A DNA stretch of 63,957 bases, counting the filler, from Asterionella formosa (taxonomy: Eukaryota): the NCBI GenBank assembly GCA_002256025.1. It is 8 parts of 8 records of this genome, joined end to end, with 100 filler letters (N's around TTAATTAATTAA, not from the genome) between each part and the next. Parts side by side here need not be neighbours in the genome. Positions count along the whole stretch, not along the records: positions 8,158 to 16,214 come from NKIB01012329.1; positions 16,315 to 24,369 come from NKIB01012330.1; 6 more parts are not named here. One strand, written 5' to 3'. Both the position numbers and the translations under genes were made by a program. Positions 11,373 through 21,899 of the stretch are shown piece after piece. Within the stretch, counting starts at the first letter, position 1. Every line of letters begins with the position of its first letter. Under the pieces are notes generated by a model that saw only the letters and a list, made by a program, of their open reading frames with translations, searched no databases and was not told the DNA's origin.

Positions 11373-12929
11373 GGGCGCGCTCTGATATTAAAAAATTATT
11401 ATATCATGTGTATTACAACACAACACGTTGTACTCATAACCCCAAAATTTGTGTTTGTGTTGACCAAATTTGGTAAACCTGGCTGGTAAAGCACCTACCA
11501 AATTTGGTCAACACAAACACAATTTTTTTAACATTTATAAATAACAGTATATTATATGAGTAGATATTTAGGCATGAATGACTACATATAATTTCACGCA
11601 ATATTTCAACACTTGCTTGCTCATACCCGAAATGGCTTGCTCTTACCAAAAATGATGTCAGCATGCATATACATATACACATCAATCAGCCATCCTAAAG
11701 GTATCATCAATCCTCTCGTCTGCTTCCAGTTTTGTTGTGATCATGTCTTCTTGTTCACAATCCACCTGCAATACAATTTTAGTGGTCGCAGCCACTATCA
11801 ATTCATGTGCAATGTCTGCATTGATTGATGACTATAAGGCGAAATGAAGAAACAGAGAACATTATATCATTCTATACATTTGTTTGTTAGCTTTAATGTC
11901 ACTTCATCATCAATACTGCCAAAACTAAANNNNNNNNNNNNNNNNNNNNNNNNNNNNNNNNNNNNNNNNNNNNNNNNNNNNNNNNNNNNNNNNNNNNNNN
12001 NNNNNNNNNNNNNNNNNNNNNNNNNNNNNNNNNNNNNNNNNNNNNNNNNNNNNNNNNNNNNNNNNNNNNNNNNNNNNNNNNNNNNNNNNNNNNNNNNNNN
12101 NNNNNNNNNNNNNNNNNNNNNNNNNNNNNNNNNNNNNNNNNNNNNNNNNNNNNNNNNNNNNNNNNNNNNNNNNNNNNNNNNNNNNNNNNNNNNNNNNNNN
12201 NNNNNNNNNNNNNNNNNNNNNNNNNNNNNNNNNNNNNNNNNNNNNNNNNNNNNNNNNNNNNNNNNNNNNNNNNNNNNNNNNNNNNNNNNNNNNNNNNNNN
12301 NNNNNNNNNNNNNNNNNNNNNNNNNNNNNNNNNNNNNNNNNNNNNNNNNNTGGGAATAAGTTGGGCTTGCTGCCAATCACTCTTGCCTTCGCTGAAATTG
12401 ATTTTTAATTTCATCGAAAACTTCATTGATTTCACCTCCATCGCTATGGGGATTGATCCTCCATCGCTATGGGGATTGATCAGAACTTGTCGTTGAAAAG
12501 CGGGAACAGGTTGGGCTCAGTCTATAGCATGGGTAAACAAACAATGCAAGCCCCTCTGACTGTCTTCATTTTGGAGTGAAAAGTCGCTCTTGGAGAGCAA
12601 TACCTTGTTGTGAAAGTTCTGTTGGCCTGATTGTTTGACGATAAAAGGCTTGTTCCTCGAGAAAAGCTGAAATTTCTATGTCTCTGTCTCATGTTTTAAG
12701 TTCACTTATGGTATCATCCTGCTAGTCATCAGGAGATGAGATGTAAGCCGACATGCTGGTCAGTGACTGACATTGGTGAAATTAAGGAACTCATGTGGAC
12801 AATGCACAAGAGGCTGCATAACACGCAAGAGGATGCATCGCTATGAAACTATAACTGTTTTAAAATAAAGTTAATTTTATATAAAATGTCAGATGACTAA
12901 TCTGAAATAAAAAATATCAGAGCGCGCCC
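11373..12929. mobile_element. Non-autonomous/decayed TIR DNA transposon, PIF/Harbinger-like
   Basis: Perfect 17-bp TIRs, GGGCGCGCTCTGATATT (11373-11389) and AATATCAGAGCGCGCCC (12913-12929), are flanked by a 3-bp direct repeat ATT (11370-11372 and 12930-12932). The element contains an N gap and a 23-bp tandem duplication near 12436-12481. Confidence 0.75.
11449..11522. repeat. Perfect 27-bp inverted repeat with a 20-nt spacer (hairpin) inside the Harbinger-like element
   Basis: TTGTGTTTGTGTTGACCAAATTTGGTA (11449-11475) and TACCAAATTTGGTCAACACAAACACAA (11496-11522). Confidence 0.9.
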
Positions 12930-13379
12930 ATTACCGGTATGCAAAAGTCAGAGCAAATCATTCGAAATGTACATACATACGGTATGCATATGTATTGTTA
13001 TGCTCCTTTATGTTTGTTCTTATCCCTCATGCATAGTTCTTTTTGAACAACAGCAAAGCTTTTATGTTCAAATATATTTACTCATACATCTTGTACGGGT
13101 GTTTCTGTACGACGCTAATACCGGTATTGCCCGGTATATTTTATTCGCACATTTCCCATGACTGTCATCGACCACATCAGGCATTTCTTTTCGACTGCTG
13201 ATGAAGAAGTTTTTTTTCGAAACACTTTCGCCATTTATTAAGTTTGTTCTTTTCAAACCTCGCAAGAACCAAAGAATTGGCGACGAGTTATCCATGCGTA
13301 TTGGATCCGTTGCGCCACTCATGCCCGCTACGGACGCATGTTTGCGAATCGAAACCTTACTAATTTAACGAGAAGAAGG

Positions 13380-13810
13380 ATGTCATTCTGGAAACGCGCT
13401 TCTCGAAATCAACGTCAAGCATGGAAAGTGGGCGCTGGTGTGATAGTAGGAGGGGCTGTCTTCAAAGTAAGAAACTTGTCGATTTCAGCGGTGTGCATTG
13501 AAAATGGACGTGCACTTCAGTTTTGATTTTGATCTCACGGTGACCTTGTTAGTTTTGCTACTTCAACCTCTCTCGAGGTTTGCTCATGGATGATATGGAC
13601 AGAAGACACATCAGAGCACACAAGCATTTGGTTGAAGCGCGAAATTTTGCGGCATGGTCAAGGCAAGATAGACAGTCAAGGGTTCCTGACTTGAACGAAG
13701 AGCAACACAAGCAACTACAGGCTTACCTAAATATTCGAAAGAAACGCCAGGAGGAGGAACTACTGGCCATGGAGCGACGTGAAGTAGCTTCTACACCGGG
13801 GGCACGATAG
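13380..13810 (+). CDS. Small (114 aa) single-pass membrane protein of unknown function; exons 13380-13466 and 13553-13810
   Basis: The GTAAG...TTAG intron 13467-13552 joins two short ORFs in frame, giving MSFWKRASRNQRQAWKVGAGVIVGGAVFK|FCYFNLSRGLLMDDMDRRH... The protein has a basic N-terminus, one hydrophobic helix and a charged coiled-coil-like tail. Confidence 0.7.
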
Positions 13811-15204
13811 ATCTCACTTCTTTATCAAATATATAATAACATGCTGTTACCATCTTTTCAGCTACTGAAAGTCTATAGCTAATAGACTACTACTAACTGA
13901 GCTCTCAAAAGTAAACACATATCCATATTTTATTGTTTTACATACTACACGAAGGGGAAGAACAAATGCATTGACAACATCAAGACAACGACAACTATGA
14001 TATTAGTATGCCAGGTGCTCCCTCTGGAACAGTTTGCAACAGATTTTCTTGAAATGAGCACCATGTGTCTGTCGTGTCTGACTTGGTCTGTACCATTTGC
14101 CATGACATTATCCCTGGTGTCTTGTTGGTTTTACCTATTGGAAATGTTTTGATTTCCCATAATCAGTAGTTTATCATTCTGTACTATGCTATTTTGGTAT
14201 AACAGTTCTTATTTAAAGTCAAAACACGGCAAAATGATTAAGGAGTGGTCAGAACATCATCAATTTTGTCAGAACCAGCGTGTCAACTTGAATCCCAGAA
14301 AATCAGAACAAATTCTTAAATATTTAGAGATTTCTAAATAAACTAAAATGTAAAAATGTCAAACCAAAAAGTTTGTGAAGAATATTATATCAATGGCTAT
14401 GATGAGTCATGAGGTGTGCAGACACAATTATAGTCCAATCAATCAAATGGTGCATTGTCACATCAAGAATTGGGATAATGAGAATGACACTTCATCTGAT
14501 CAAAACGAAGTTTCATGTCAAGTGTTAAGGAAGACATAACAAACAGGTTCTCTATGTGGTCTGTGATTGATAGGAAGATGAACAAGATCTACCATCAAAC
14601 TAGCTAGATTACCTTTGTATGATAATTATACAGTAAGCTTTAGGAATCTTGTAAGATCATTAAAGCGAGGAGCAAAAGTCTAGCTTTCAAAATGTGTTTT
14701 GATAACTAAGCATCAGATAGACTGTCTGTCTATTCCATGGATAGAACATGGCATGTTTGGTAAGCACCAAGTTTGTTGCATAAGCTTGCAACAAGAATTT
14801 TGACAGCATCCTAACTGGTGACTAAATATTCCCATTTTATCATGAGATGCAAAGGGTTTACAGATTGATTTATCAGATGTAAACAATACTTTGGCATATG
14901 CAAGTTTGAAAATGGCATGCCACAATGGTCCATTTGGTCGATTCGATGGCCCGAGTGTGACCATAAGGCTAGTGATTGCCAGAGTAGGGGCAATAGCAGT
15001 GGAAAGGAAGAGTTGACTCCCAAGCAGTCCTGCTGAGGGGAAAGTAAAAATGAACAAGTGCTTCAAGAGGCAGGAAATGGTAACATTGCAAACAATATAA
15101 GGGTACCTGACACATTACCGTTGTTTCATTGCATAAAATAATAATAAAACGGTACTCATAATATGATGATACATGTACCGGTACCAGGTACTACAGCAAT
15201 CCCC

Positions 15205-16214
15205 ACCCTAGCTATCGTCTTGCTTTTCGATGAGAACTTCGGTGTCTAAGTAAATTTTGGTATCTCTAAGTAATTTTTCTATTTTGGGGCAAAATGGGGC
15301 ACAGTGGATTTTTCGGCAATTCCCGCTCCAGCTACTATCGTCTTGCCATTCAGGTACTTCTAAGTAATTTTTAGGCTCTTGGTAATTTCTTAAGTAATTT
15401 TTATTTAGTGGCAATATGGGGCACATCGAATTTTTCGGTATTAAAATTGCCGATTTTAGCATCACAACCAGAATAACGGTAATATGCATAGAGATGGTAC
15501 AACAAGCGTAATACACACGAGAATGATTGTAACATGCAACATCAGTGAAAATTGAACATGATGTTTGGAGCAACCAAAGTATGAAATGCGATGTAATAAG
15601 TTGTGTCAAATAAGAAATTGAAAAATTGTTTTGGGTTAGAAATGAAGTAAACAATGGGATTTTCAATGGAGACCCATGCATTGTGAATCATTGTAGTACT
15701 TACACAGGCAACATTGCTTGACTTTCCATTACCACACAATCGAAGACCGAAAGAAGAAGAAGAAAAAAAGCTGAACCAAATATAGACCTGCATCGTTATG
15801 TAGCGTTAATGGTCTGGTCGCTGCAACCATGTGCATCACTGTAGTAGCCTGAAACCAGTAGCAATTCCTGCTCCAGCTATCGTCTTGCCATTCGGGTACT
15901 TCTAAGTAATTTTTAGTCTCTAAGTAATTTCTTTAGTAATTTTTATTTAAGGGCAATTGTGAATCATTGTAGTACTTACACACCAGCAGGCAACATTGAC
16001 TTTCCATCACCACACAATCGAAGACCAAAATAAGAAGGGAAAAGCTGAACACAATCTTGACCTACATCGTTATGGCTGTAGCGTAAATGGTCTGGTTTCT
16101 GCAACCATGCGCATCGCTGTAGTAGCCTGACACCAGTAGCAGTATTTCCGCCACAGTCATTCCTCTCCGCTGCCCACCAAATAAGCAACCCTGATCATTC
16201 CATTCTGAGCAAGC
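15205..16214. repeat. Internally duplicated repetitive element (CTATCGTCTTGC...CTAAGTAATTT units; ~180-bp direct repeat 15681-15860 / 15957-16140)
   Basis: Visible direct repeats. The last ~33 bp (AAGCAACCCTGATCATTCCATTCTGAGCAAGC) recur at ~24894-24925 on another contig. Confidence 0.7.
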
Positions 16215-16390
16215 NNNNNNNNNNNNNNNNNNNNNNNNNNNNNNNNNNNNNNNNNNNNTTAATTAATTAANNNNNNNNNNNNNNNNNNNNNNNNNNNNNN
16301 NNNNNNNNNNNNNNGCAGCTGCGTTCACACGAGGCGAGAAACAGTCCTCGTCGCTCAGCCACATCCGGGCCCTTTTGTCGGCGTGTTCGG

Positions 16391-18034
16391 ATGAGGAGAA
16401 AATCGTTCTATCGCTCTTCGTTCCGGCCATTCAGTATTCCTGGAAATGTTCGGTTTCGAACAAGTCAACACACAAACCCATTGCAAGAAGGCAAGATGAT
16501 CGAGCCCATCGGCACCCAAATGACGGAAGGCTGGCTCGAGCTGTTCCTCACGCCTTCGGAGAAACAAACGTTTGCCCGCTGGGAAGAACAAATCAAGGAC
16601 CGTTCCATTACGCACGCCGTCTTCCGTCCCCTCATGTCGTGGCTCTCCAACTGGATTCCGGAAACTGTCGCCCCCAACGTCGTCACGCTGGCTGGCTTTC
16701 TTGCATTGGGACAAGCCTGGTACATGACCAACTTGTATGGGGAGCTGTTCCCCGTCGCAATGACCTGGTTTTCAGTGGCCAACATTGTTTTCTTCTTCAC
16801 CACGAACTCCATGGAGCCATTCCACGCTGAGCGCATCCGACAGCGGACGGCACTGGGAGACCTTTTCAAGTACTCGTGCGATTCGCTGTCCACGGTATTT
16901 CTTGTCATTCTTACGACCTACTGCCTGGGAGGCACGTCACCCAAATTGCAGTGGTACGCTGTGCAAGGGTCGCAACTGGTGCTCTTCGTCAAGCACCTCT
17001 CAGCCTTTGATCGACATGCGGGCTTGAGATACAATGTGCTCACGGGGCCTGGTGAAGTACTCATGACAGCAGTCACTTTGTTGGTCGTAAGAGCCACCTT
17101 TGGGTTGGACTGGATGCTGTCCGTATATGAACGATCGCTTCACAGACTTATGCCGTGGTGGGTGCAGGACAAGTACCATGAAGATCCTGCCAATTTGGGA
17201 TTGGAGATTGTTGTGCTATTCTACTACATCATGTACACAACTGCACTTCTCAAGTCATTGATGTTGAAACAACCACATGGATGGTCCAGATTCGGTATTA
17301 CCACCTCGTTGTTGATGAGACTGGTCCCTGCCATCCTCCTGCACTTGGGGGTGTCCTTTGAAATTACTATATTGGACGTCATTTGCGATGGATTCTTCAT
17401 GGCAGTTTTGACGGCTGATTTGACTCTGGCGAAAATGTCAGGACGAGAAATACATCCATGGGTGGTACTGATGAGTTTGGCATCGGTTTTGTCACATTCG
17501 ACCATCCTCACCTTGGTTCTGACTTATTACATTGCTGTCTTTGCTGACCTATGTTCTTATCTCAACATGCCACTCTTGACAACATGTCGCAATGTATATT
17601 GTGATGGAGTATACGACTTGTGCCACATTGGACACAAAACGCTCTTTCAAAATGCTCTATCCTTTGGCAACCGACTCTTCGTCGGCGTCGTGGGCGATCA
17701 AGACGCTTCTGCATACAAACGACCTCCCATCATGTCACACGCAGAACGATGTGCTGAAGTCAATGCATGCAAGGCAGTGACCAAGGTCATTCCAAATGCA
17801 CCATGCTTTGGATTGACACAAGACTTTTTGGACAAACACCAAATTCATGTTGTGGCATATGGAGAAGAATATCTGGAACGATGGCCAGATCCAAAGGATG
17901 ATATTTATTATGGATATGTACGAAAGATTGGTATTGCACGGCCTATGCCACGGACCAAGGGATTAAGTACAAGTGATTTGATTCGAAGAATACAAAACGC
18001 TGCACCAGCAGATGAAAAGAAGAGTGAGACATGA
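16391..18034 (+). CDS. Fusion of a choline/ethanolamine-phosphotransferase-like membrane domain (degenerate CDP-alcohol motif) with a C-terminal HxGH cytidylyltransferase (ECT/CCT/TagD-like); may be 5'-truncated by the contig edge
   Basis: The N-domain has WIPETVAPNVVTLAG (CEPT/EPT signature) and many TM helices. The C-domain has VYCDGVYDLCHIGH, LFVGV, YKRPPIMSHAER and PRTKGLSTSDLIRRI. The frame is open back to the contig start at 16316. Confidence 0.88.
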   Translation: MRRKSFYRSSFRPFSIPGNVRFRTSQHTNPLQEGKMIEPIGTQMTEGWLELFLTPSEKQTFARWEEQIKDRSITHAVFRPLMSWLSNWIPETVAPNVVTLAGFLALGQAWYMTNLYGELFPVAMTWFSVANIVFFFTTNSMEPFHAERIRQRTALGDLFKYSCDSLSTVFLVILTTYCLGGTSPKLQWYAVQGSQLVLFVKHLSAFDRHAGLRYNVLTGPGEVLMTAVTLLVVRATFGLDWMLSVYERSLHRLMPWWVQDKYHEDPANLGLEIVVLFYYIMYTTALLKSLMLKQPHGWSRFGITTSLLMRLVPAILLHLGVSFEITILDVICDGFFMAVLTADLTLAKMSGREIHPWVVLMSLASVLSHSTILTLVLTYYIAVFADLCSYLNMPLLTTCRNVYCDGVYDLCHIGHKTLFQNALSFGNRLFVGVVGDQDASAYKRPPIMSHAERCAEVNACKAVTKVIPNAPCFGLTQDFLDKHQIHVVAYGEEYLERWPDPKDDIYYGYVRKIGIARPMPRTKGLSTSDLIRRIQNAAPADEKKSET

Positions 18035-18296
18035 GAGGTTGGTATTGTTATGTGTTGTACAATATTGACTATATAAGTGCATGTTTGTGGCTTCGAATGG
18101 AATCCAGTACTATGCGACACTATATTGTGATATTCTATGCACAACAAATCATTTGGCATGCATAGAAAGGTGACTATTATTGCCGGTAGTCATCATTCAT
18201 GTATTTATTGTGCACTTCCACATGGTCTATAGATTCGCTCGTGCAGAAGAACCACTGATACGGTACTCACTTCTTTTATAGTAAAACAAAAAAAGT

Positions 18297-19523
18297 CTAC
18301 AAAAGTTGCTCTTGAAGAAGTGGAGTCAAGTATTCAGCCACTCTCAAAGTTTCCACCGCAATGTCAATGGTTGCCACACCTTCTGCAGGGACACCATTGG
18401 CACAGAAGTTGGCTACACGTTCCTTCACAGTCACATAGTCAGGATCTTGGCTGAAAAAGTAAGGCATGGCACCAGGATACTTGGCTTCCAAGACAGCCAC
18501 ATTGGCCAAATCGTCTTCATCAGGCATGGAATGACGAAAGACTTCCTTTCCATCGACAGACACCATGGCATATGACACATCACCACCGCATCGATCGGCT
18601 TGGACGCTGACTGCCTTGCCCGTCGTGGTCGTGATGGTGAATTTGATCTTGTCAAAGTCCGTCCATGCTTTACCAGATGGCCCAACCAATGTTTGGCAGG
18701 AACTAAAGTCCTTGTCGGCTTTAACTGAGGCAATGGTATCCACAGAGACGTCATAAAAGGACACCAACAATGCCAATTCATGAATGGCCATATTCTTGAG
18801 CATACCCTCGGCATTGCGTTCAAAGCACTCCCCCAACGATTCAGGTGTGTTCTCGTACGTGTTGTTGGAAACAAACGTGACATGTGCACCCTCCGTGACG
18901 GCGGCCACCTCACGTGCCATGCGGACAAATTTGCAGACATTCTTATTGTATCCCATCAATACAGCGACACCAGCTGTGGCAGCTTCTGCCTTCATGGCTT
19001 CTAGTTCTGCCACCGTGGGTGCTCCAGGCTTTTCCAAATAAATGGTGGTACACCCAGCACGGATGGCCTCACCCAGCAATCGAGGATTGTCCGCCGTACG
19101 ACCGGAAATCAAGGCCAATCGCTTGACCCCCTCCGGGGGTGGAGGCAACTCCGATGTCGACAGGAAGAATTCCACCCCGTGATTGGCAGAAGCCGAGGCT
19201 TGGAATTCCGCAAACTCGGGCCCACCGGGACCTGTGGCGCCTGTATTTGGTGTTTGAGTGAACGAGTGTGCGAAAGGGAGAGAGAGAGAGAGCTGTGTCA
19301 GCCATTCCAAGCAGTCGACGGAACAGGATAGGCATTGCTACGGGCAGCAGCACGTACCAGCACCCAAAAACCAGCCTTCCACGACATAGCAAAGTTTGGC
19401 GGAAGGGCATTCATTCCCAAGCAGTTGGACGGCATGATACCAGCCCATGCCACGAAGAGGAGCACCGCATCCAATGAGGACGACTTCGCATTGATTGGGT
19501 TCTAGAGTACCGGTAGGAGCCAT
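18297..19523 (-). CDS. Gfo/Idh/MocA-family NAD(P)-dependent oxidoreductase; exons 19523-19358 and 19240-18297
   Basis: Rossmann start VVLIGCG..GMGWYH, family motif YLEKPGA, VLMGYNK and NMAIHELALL. The phase-1 GT-AG intron 19357-19241, which contains a (TC)n run, joins the two ORFs. Confidence 0.85.
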
Positions 19524-21899
19524 GTTGTATATGATGGTAGAGCAAGTGGACTGTGGACTGTGGACTGGTAAAAATAATAGCCTGTGATTTTTTGTGAGGG
19601 CAAAGATTTGTGATGTGAGGATCGTTGTCGATATATTTTTTATGGTGACAACGAGTTCGCTTTCTGATGCATCATCGTCATCATCACAAGAAGGGACATC
19701 ATGGAACAGCGCTCCCTTCCTTGCTTTTTCAAACAACCAAGATTCGCGAGGTAGCGCTTGTCCCCTTGTTCGGGAGTTTGTAACACTGCCGGTAATTCAC
19801 CGTACTTAGGGACTTACCGGTAGCTACAAAAGTTCGAGCCCTTTACATACAGCCTCCTCTGATTCCGGCAGGTACCTCTGGTATCTGGTACCCCTGGTAC
19901 CACCACAGATTACCTACCAGGTACCCTACCGGTACCGGTACCGGGTTATTTACCGGATACCTGTGCCGTCCAAGTTGCGGTCACTTTGCTTAAATAAACA
20001 ATTTAATATAGAATAAAGATAGCTAACGTTTTATTCTCGCACAAACAGCGCAAGTTAGGAGTGAGAAATGCGACTACGGCTGGCTTGTCCGGATATCTTG
20101 ACTCAATGGAGTCTGTTGGACGGTCGGTCCTTGGTCTGTCGTCGTGCAGACACAGGGGATGGTCGGAGAAACTGCATGATGACGTCATTGCTACATGCAA
20201 ATGTCATTGTTACATGCAACGTGCTGCTTTTCCTCCTCCATCTTGCTTGTAGTATGTTTTGACTTTATACTTGTTTTGTTACATGTGTGTGATAAATGCA
20301 TACTGTAAACATAAGTACCGGTATATATGTTCATGTCAAGCATGCAAATAATACACAACACAACATATAATTATCAGAACATTATCATATGATGTACATT
20401 CTTTCATCATATATCTAGTATTGTAACATGATCTTAATTCTAAAAATCAAAAGTGGTATAGACTGTAAATTTAATATAATTAGAAACCATTTCTATCTTT
20501 CAAACCTGCTAACTAACTGCGTTTTTGCCATGATCCTTACACTATGTTACTCCTTTGCTTGTTCTCTGTTTCCTGTTGCATGATGGCAATGCCTCTGGTT
20601 GACTAAGCCTTCCCCTTGCTTGCTTCCCACACTTCTCACATTGATTAAAGAAAAACCTGCTGTCCTCACTGTCATTCAACTTCGAAAGGAATTGATCGTC
20701 AATCGCTCATTTACCTTATCTACTTTCCCTTTATATCGCTGTTTTCTCATTTGTCCTGCTCTTATGCCTTAATTTGGTTTTACATTTGCTTGCACATTTG
20801 CTCTTTTCCATAGGTTCTACCAAACGAGATGCCTAATTGCTGTGACAATGAAAACAAGTAGCAAACTGTTTGTCATGTATTGCTTATTTACTCAACAACA
20901 AATACTGCCGATATTAGATTGACTTACCAATTATTAATGCATTTTCTAACATTAATGAATAATAATTTGTCAGTTGAGTATTGCATGAGGACACATCAAT
21001 AAGTCGTTCCACCAATGTCATTTATAGCTAGCTTACAACAATACTGTTCATGTGTTAACCATCATCAGTTAAGCTTATACATAATTCAAATATATAAAAT
21101 GCATGATGATATCATTTTTTCCATGACCTGATGTACTGGTTTTGAATTTCTTCCATTCAATTTTTTTACTTTGTACAAGTCAGTGACCCTCAAATCATAT
21201 ATTAATTTGATAATTCATTTTCTCATATCATTGACAATGTTTATCAAATGATCAATATGCTTTGATCAAAAATTTGGATGAAAATCAGACTTTTTTATAA
21301 ATTACAGATCATACTTTCAGGTTAGAAATGATAGCCAGTAAAATTAGATGATGGATGCTGACAATGTTTATTTCCTTTGATCTTACTTTTAACATCAATA
21401 TATCATGTTACTTAAAATTAATTTTGATCAATCATTTTTTTATATTAGTGACATCTTTTATCATATTATCAGCAATATGCTGCTATCAAATTTACGGGAT
21501 ATAATACCAAAATTATCAACAAGGATGTCACATATAGTACAGGTATACTGTACATAGCCTCCATCACCTACTATAGATACCAATGGTAGGTTGTTTCTAC
21601 ATGACTGTGCTATTTTGTACTCTCCATGACCTATAAATACCAATAATAGGTTGTTTCTACGTGACCGTGGTGTTATCGCGTACCTTTTATCGGCTATAAA
21701 TACTAATGTGAGGCTACTTCAACATGACGGCGTTATTGGTGTTCCGGTGATAGTTGTTTCCATGTTGTCAATGTAATCTTCACATCATTGGTAGTCCGGC
21801 AAGCAATTATGATAGTTTATTCCATATGAATTTTATCATCACATTGTCTCTGTTTCTCACGATTTTTTGTTTGTGTTGATTACATAAATCAACATGAGA

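Noticed and set aside
4109..19523. A single biosynthetic cluster linking the polyamine fusion with the cytidylyltransferase fusion
   Set aside because: They are separated by two artificial joins, so there is no evidence of physical linkage.
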